DNA of 64,000 bases. Source: Diadema antillarum. Lineage: Eukaryota. The stretch is taken from contig NW_027270909.1 in the NCBI RefSeq assembly GCF_040938485.1, forward strand, positions 3,224,001-3,288,000, given 5' to 3'. The position numbers were made by a program, and so were the translations under genes. Positions 63,866 through 64,000 of this stretch are shown here, one piece after another; within the stretch, counting starts at the first letter, position 1, and every line of letters begins with the position of its first letter. Below the pieces are notes generated by a model, which worked only from the letters and a program-made list of their open reading frames with translations, made no database searches and had not been told where the DNA came from.

Positions 63866-64000
63866 CATAAACGACATGCATGTACGTCGTGGTATACAAT
63901 ATATGCAATAGAATTTGTAACAAATAAGAAGTGTACAGACTGTATCACGTTTTCAGATCCATCTGTCTGAAGACCTATTCGGCCTGAAAATCGGCAAAAC

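Overview
AT-rich eukaryotic genomic DNA, probably from an invertebrate deuterostome; sea-urchin-like is an inference from repeat style and gene content. The window is a tandem array of five same-strand IL-17-like cytokine genes (coding exons near 1.7, 15.7, 34.5, 51.6 and 61.9 kb). Each has a 2-codon first coding exon (ATG AAY|GT; mutated in copy 4), a conserved kB/ETS/bZIP/TATA promoter and a conserved downstream module of short palindromes. Copies 1 and 2 sit in ~14 kb and ~19 kb tandem segmental duplicates that differ mainly by TE insertions. Between copies 3 and 4, on the opposite strand, is a spliced type I polyketide synthase (PKS) KS-AT gene. It is interrupted by a MITE that may be spliced out in frame, giving a predicted 907-aa KS-AT didomain that stops right after the post-AT linker. 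The rest is mobile DNA: a young Penelope-like element with hammerhead ribozymes, an L2/Crack-like LINE, LINE fossils, a foldback element, CMC/EnSpm-, Kolobok/T2-, Harbinger- and TA-target MITEs, a tRNA-derived head, and mini- and microsatellites. All alignments, splice calls and motif calls were made by eye.
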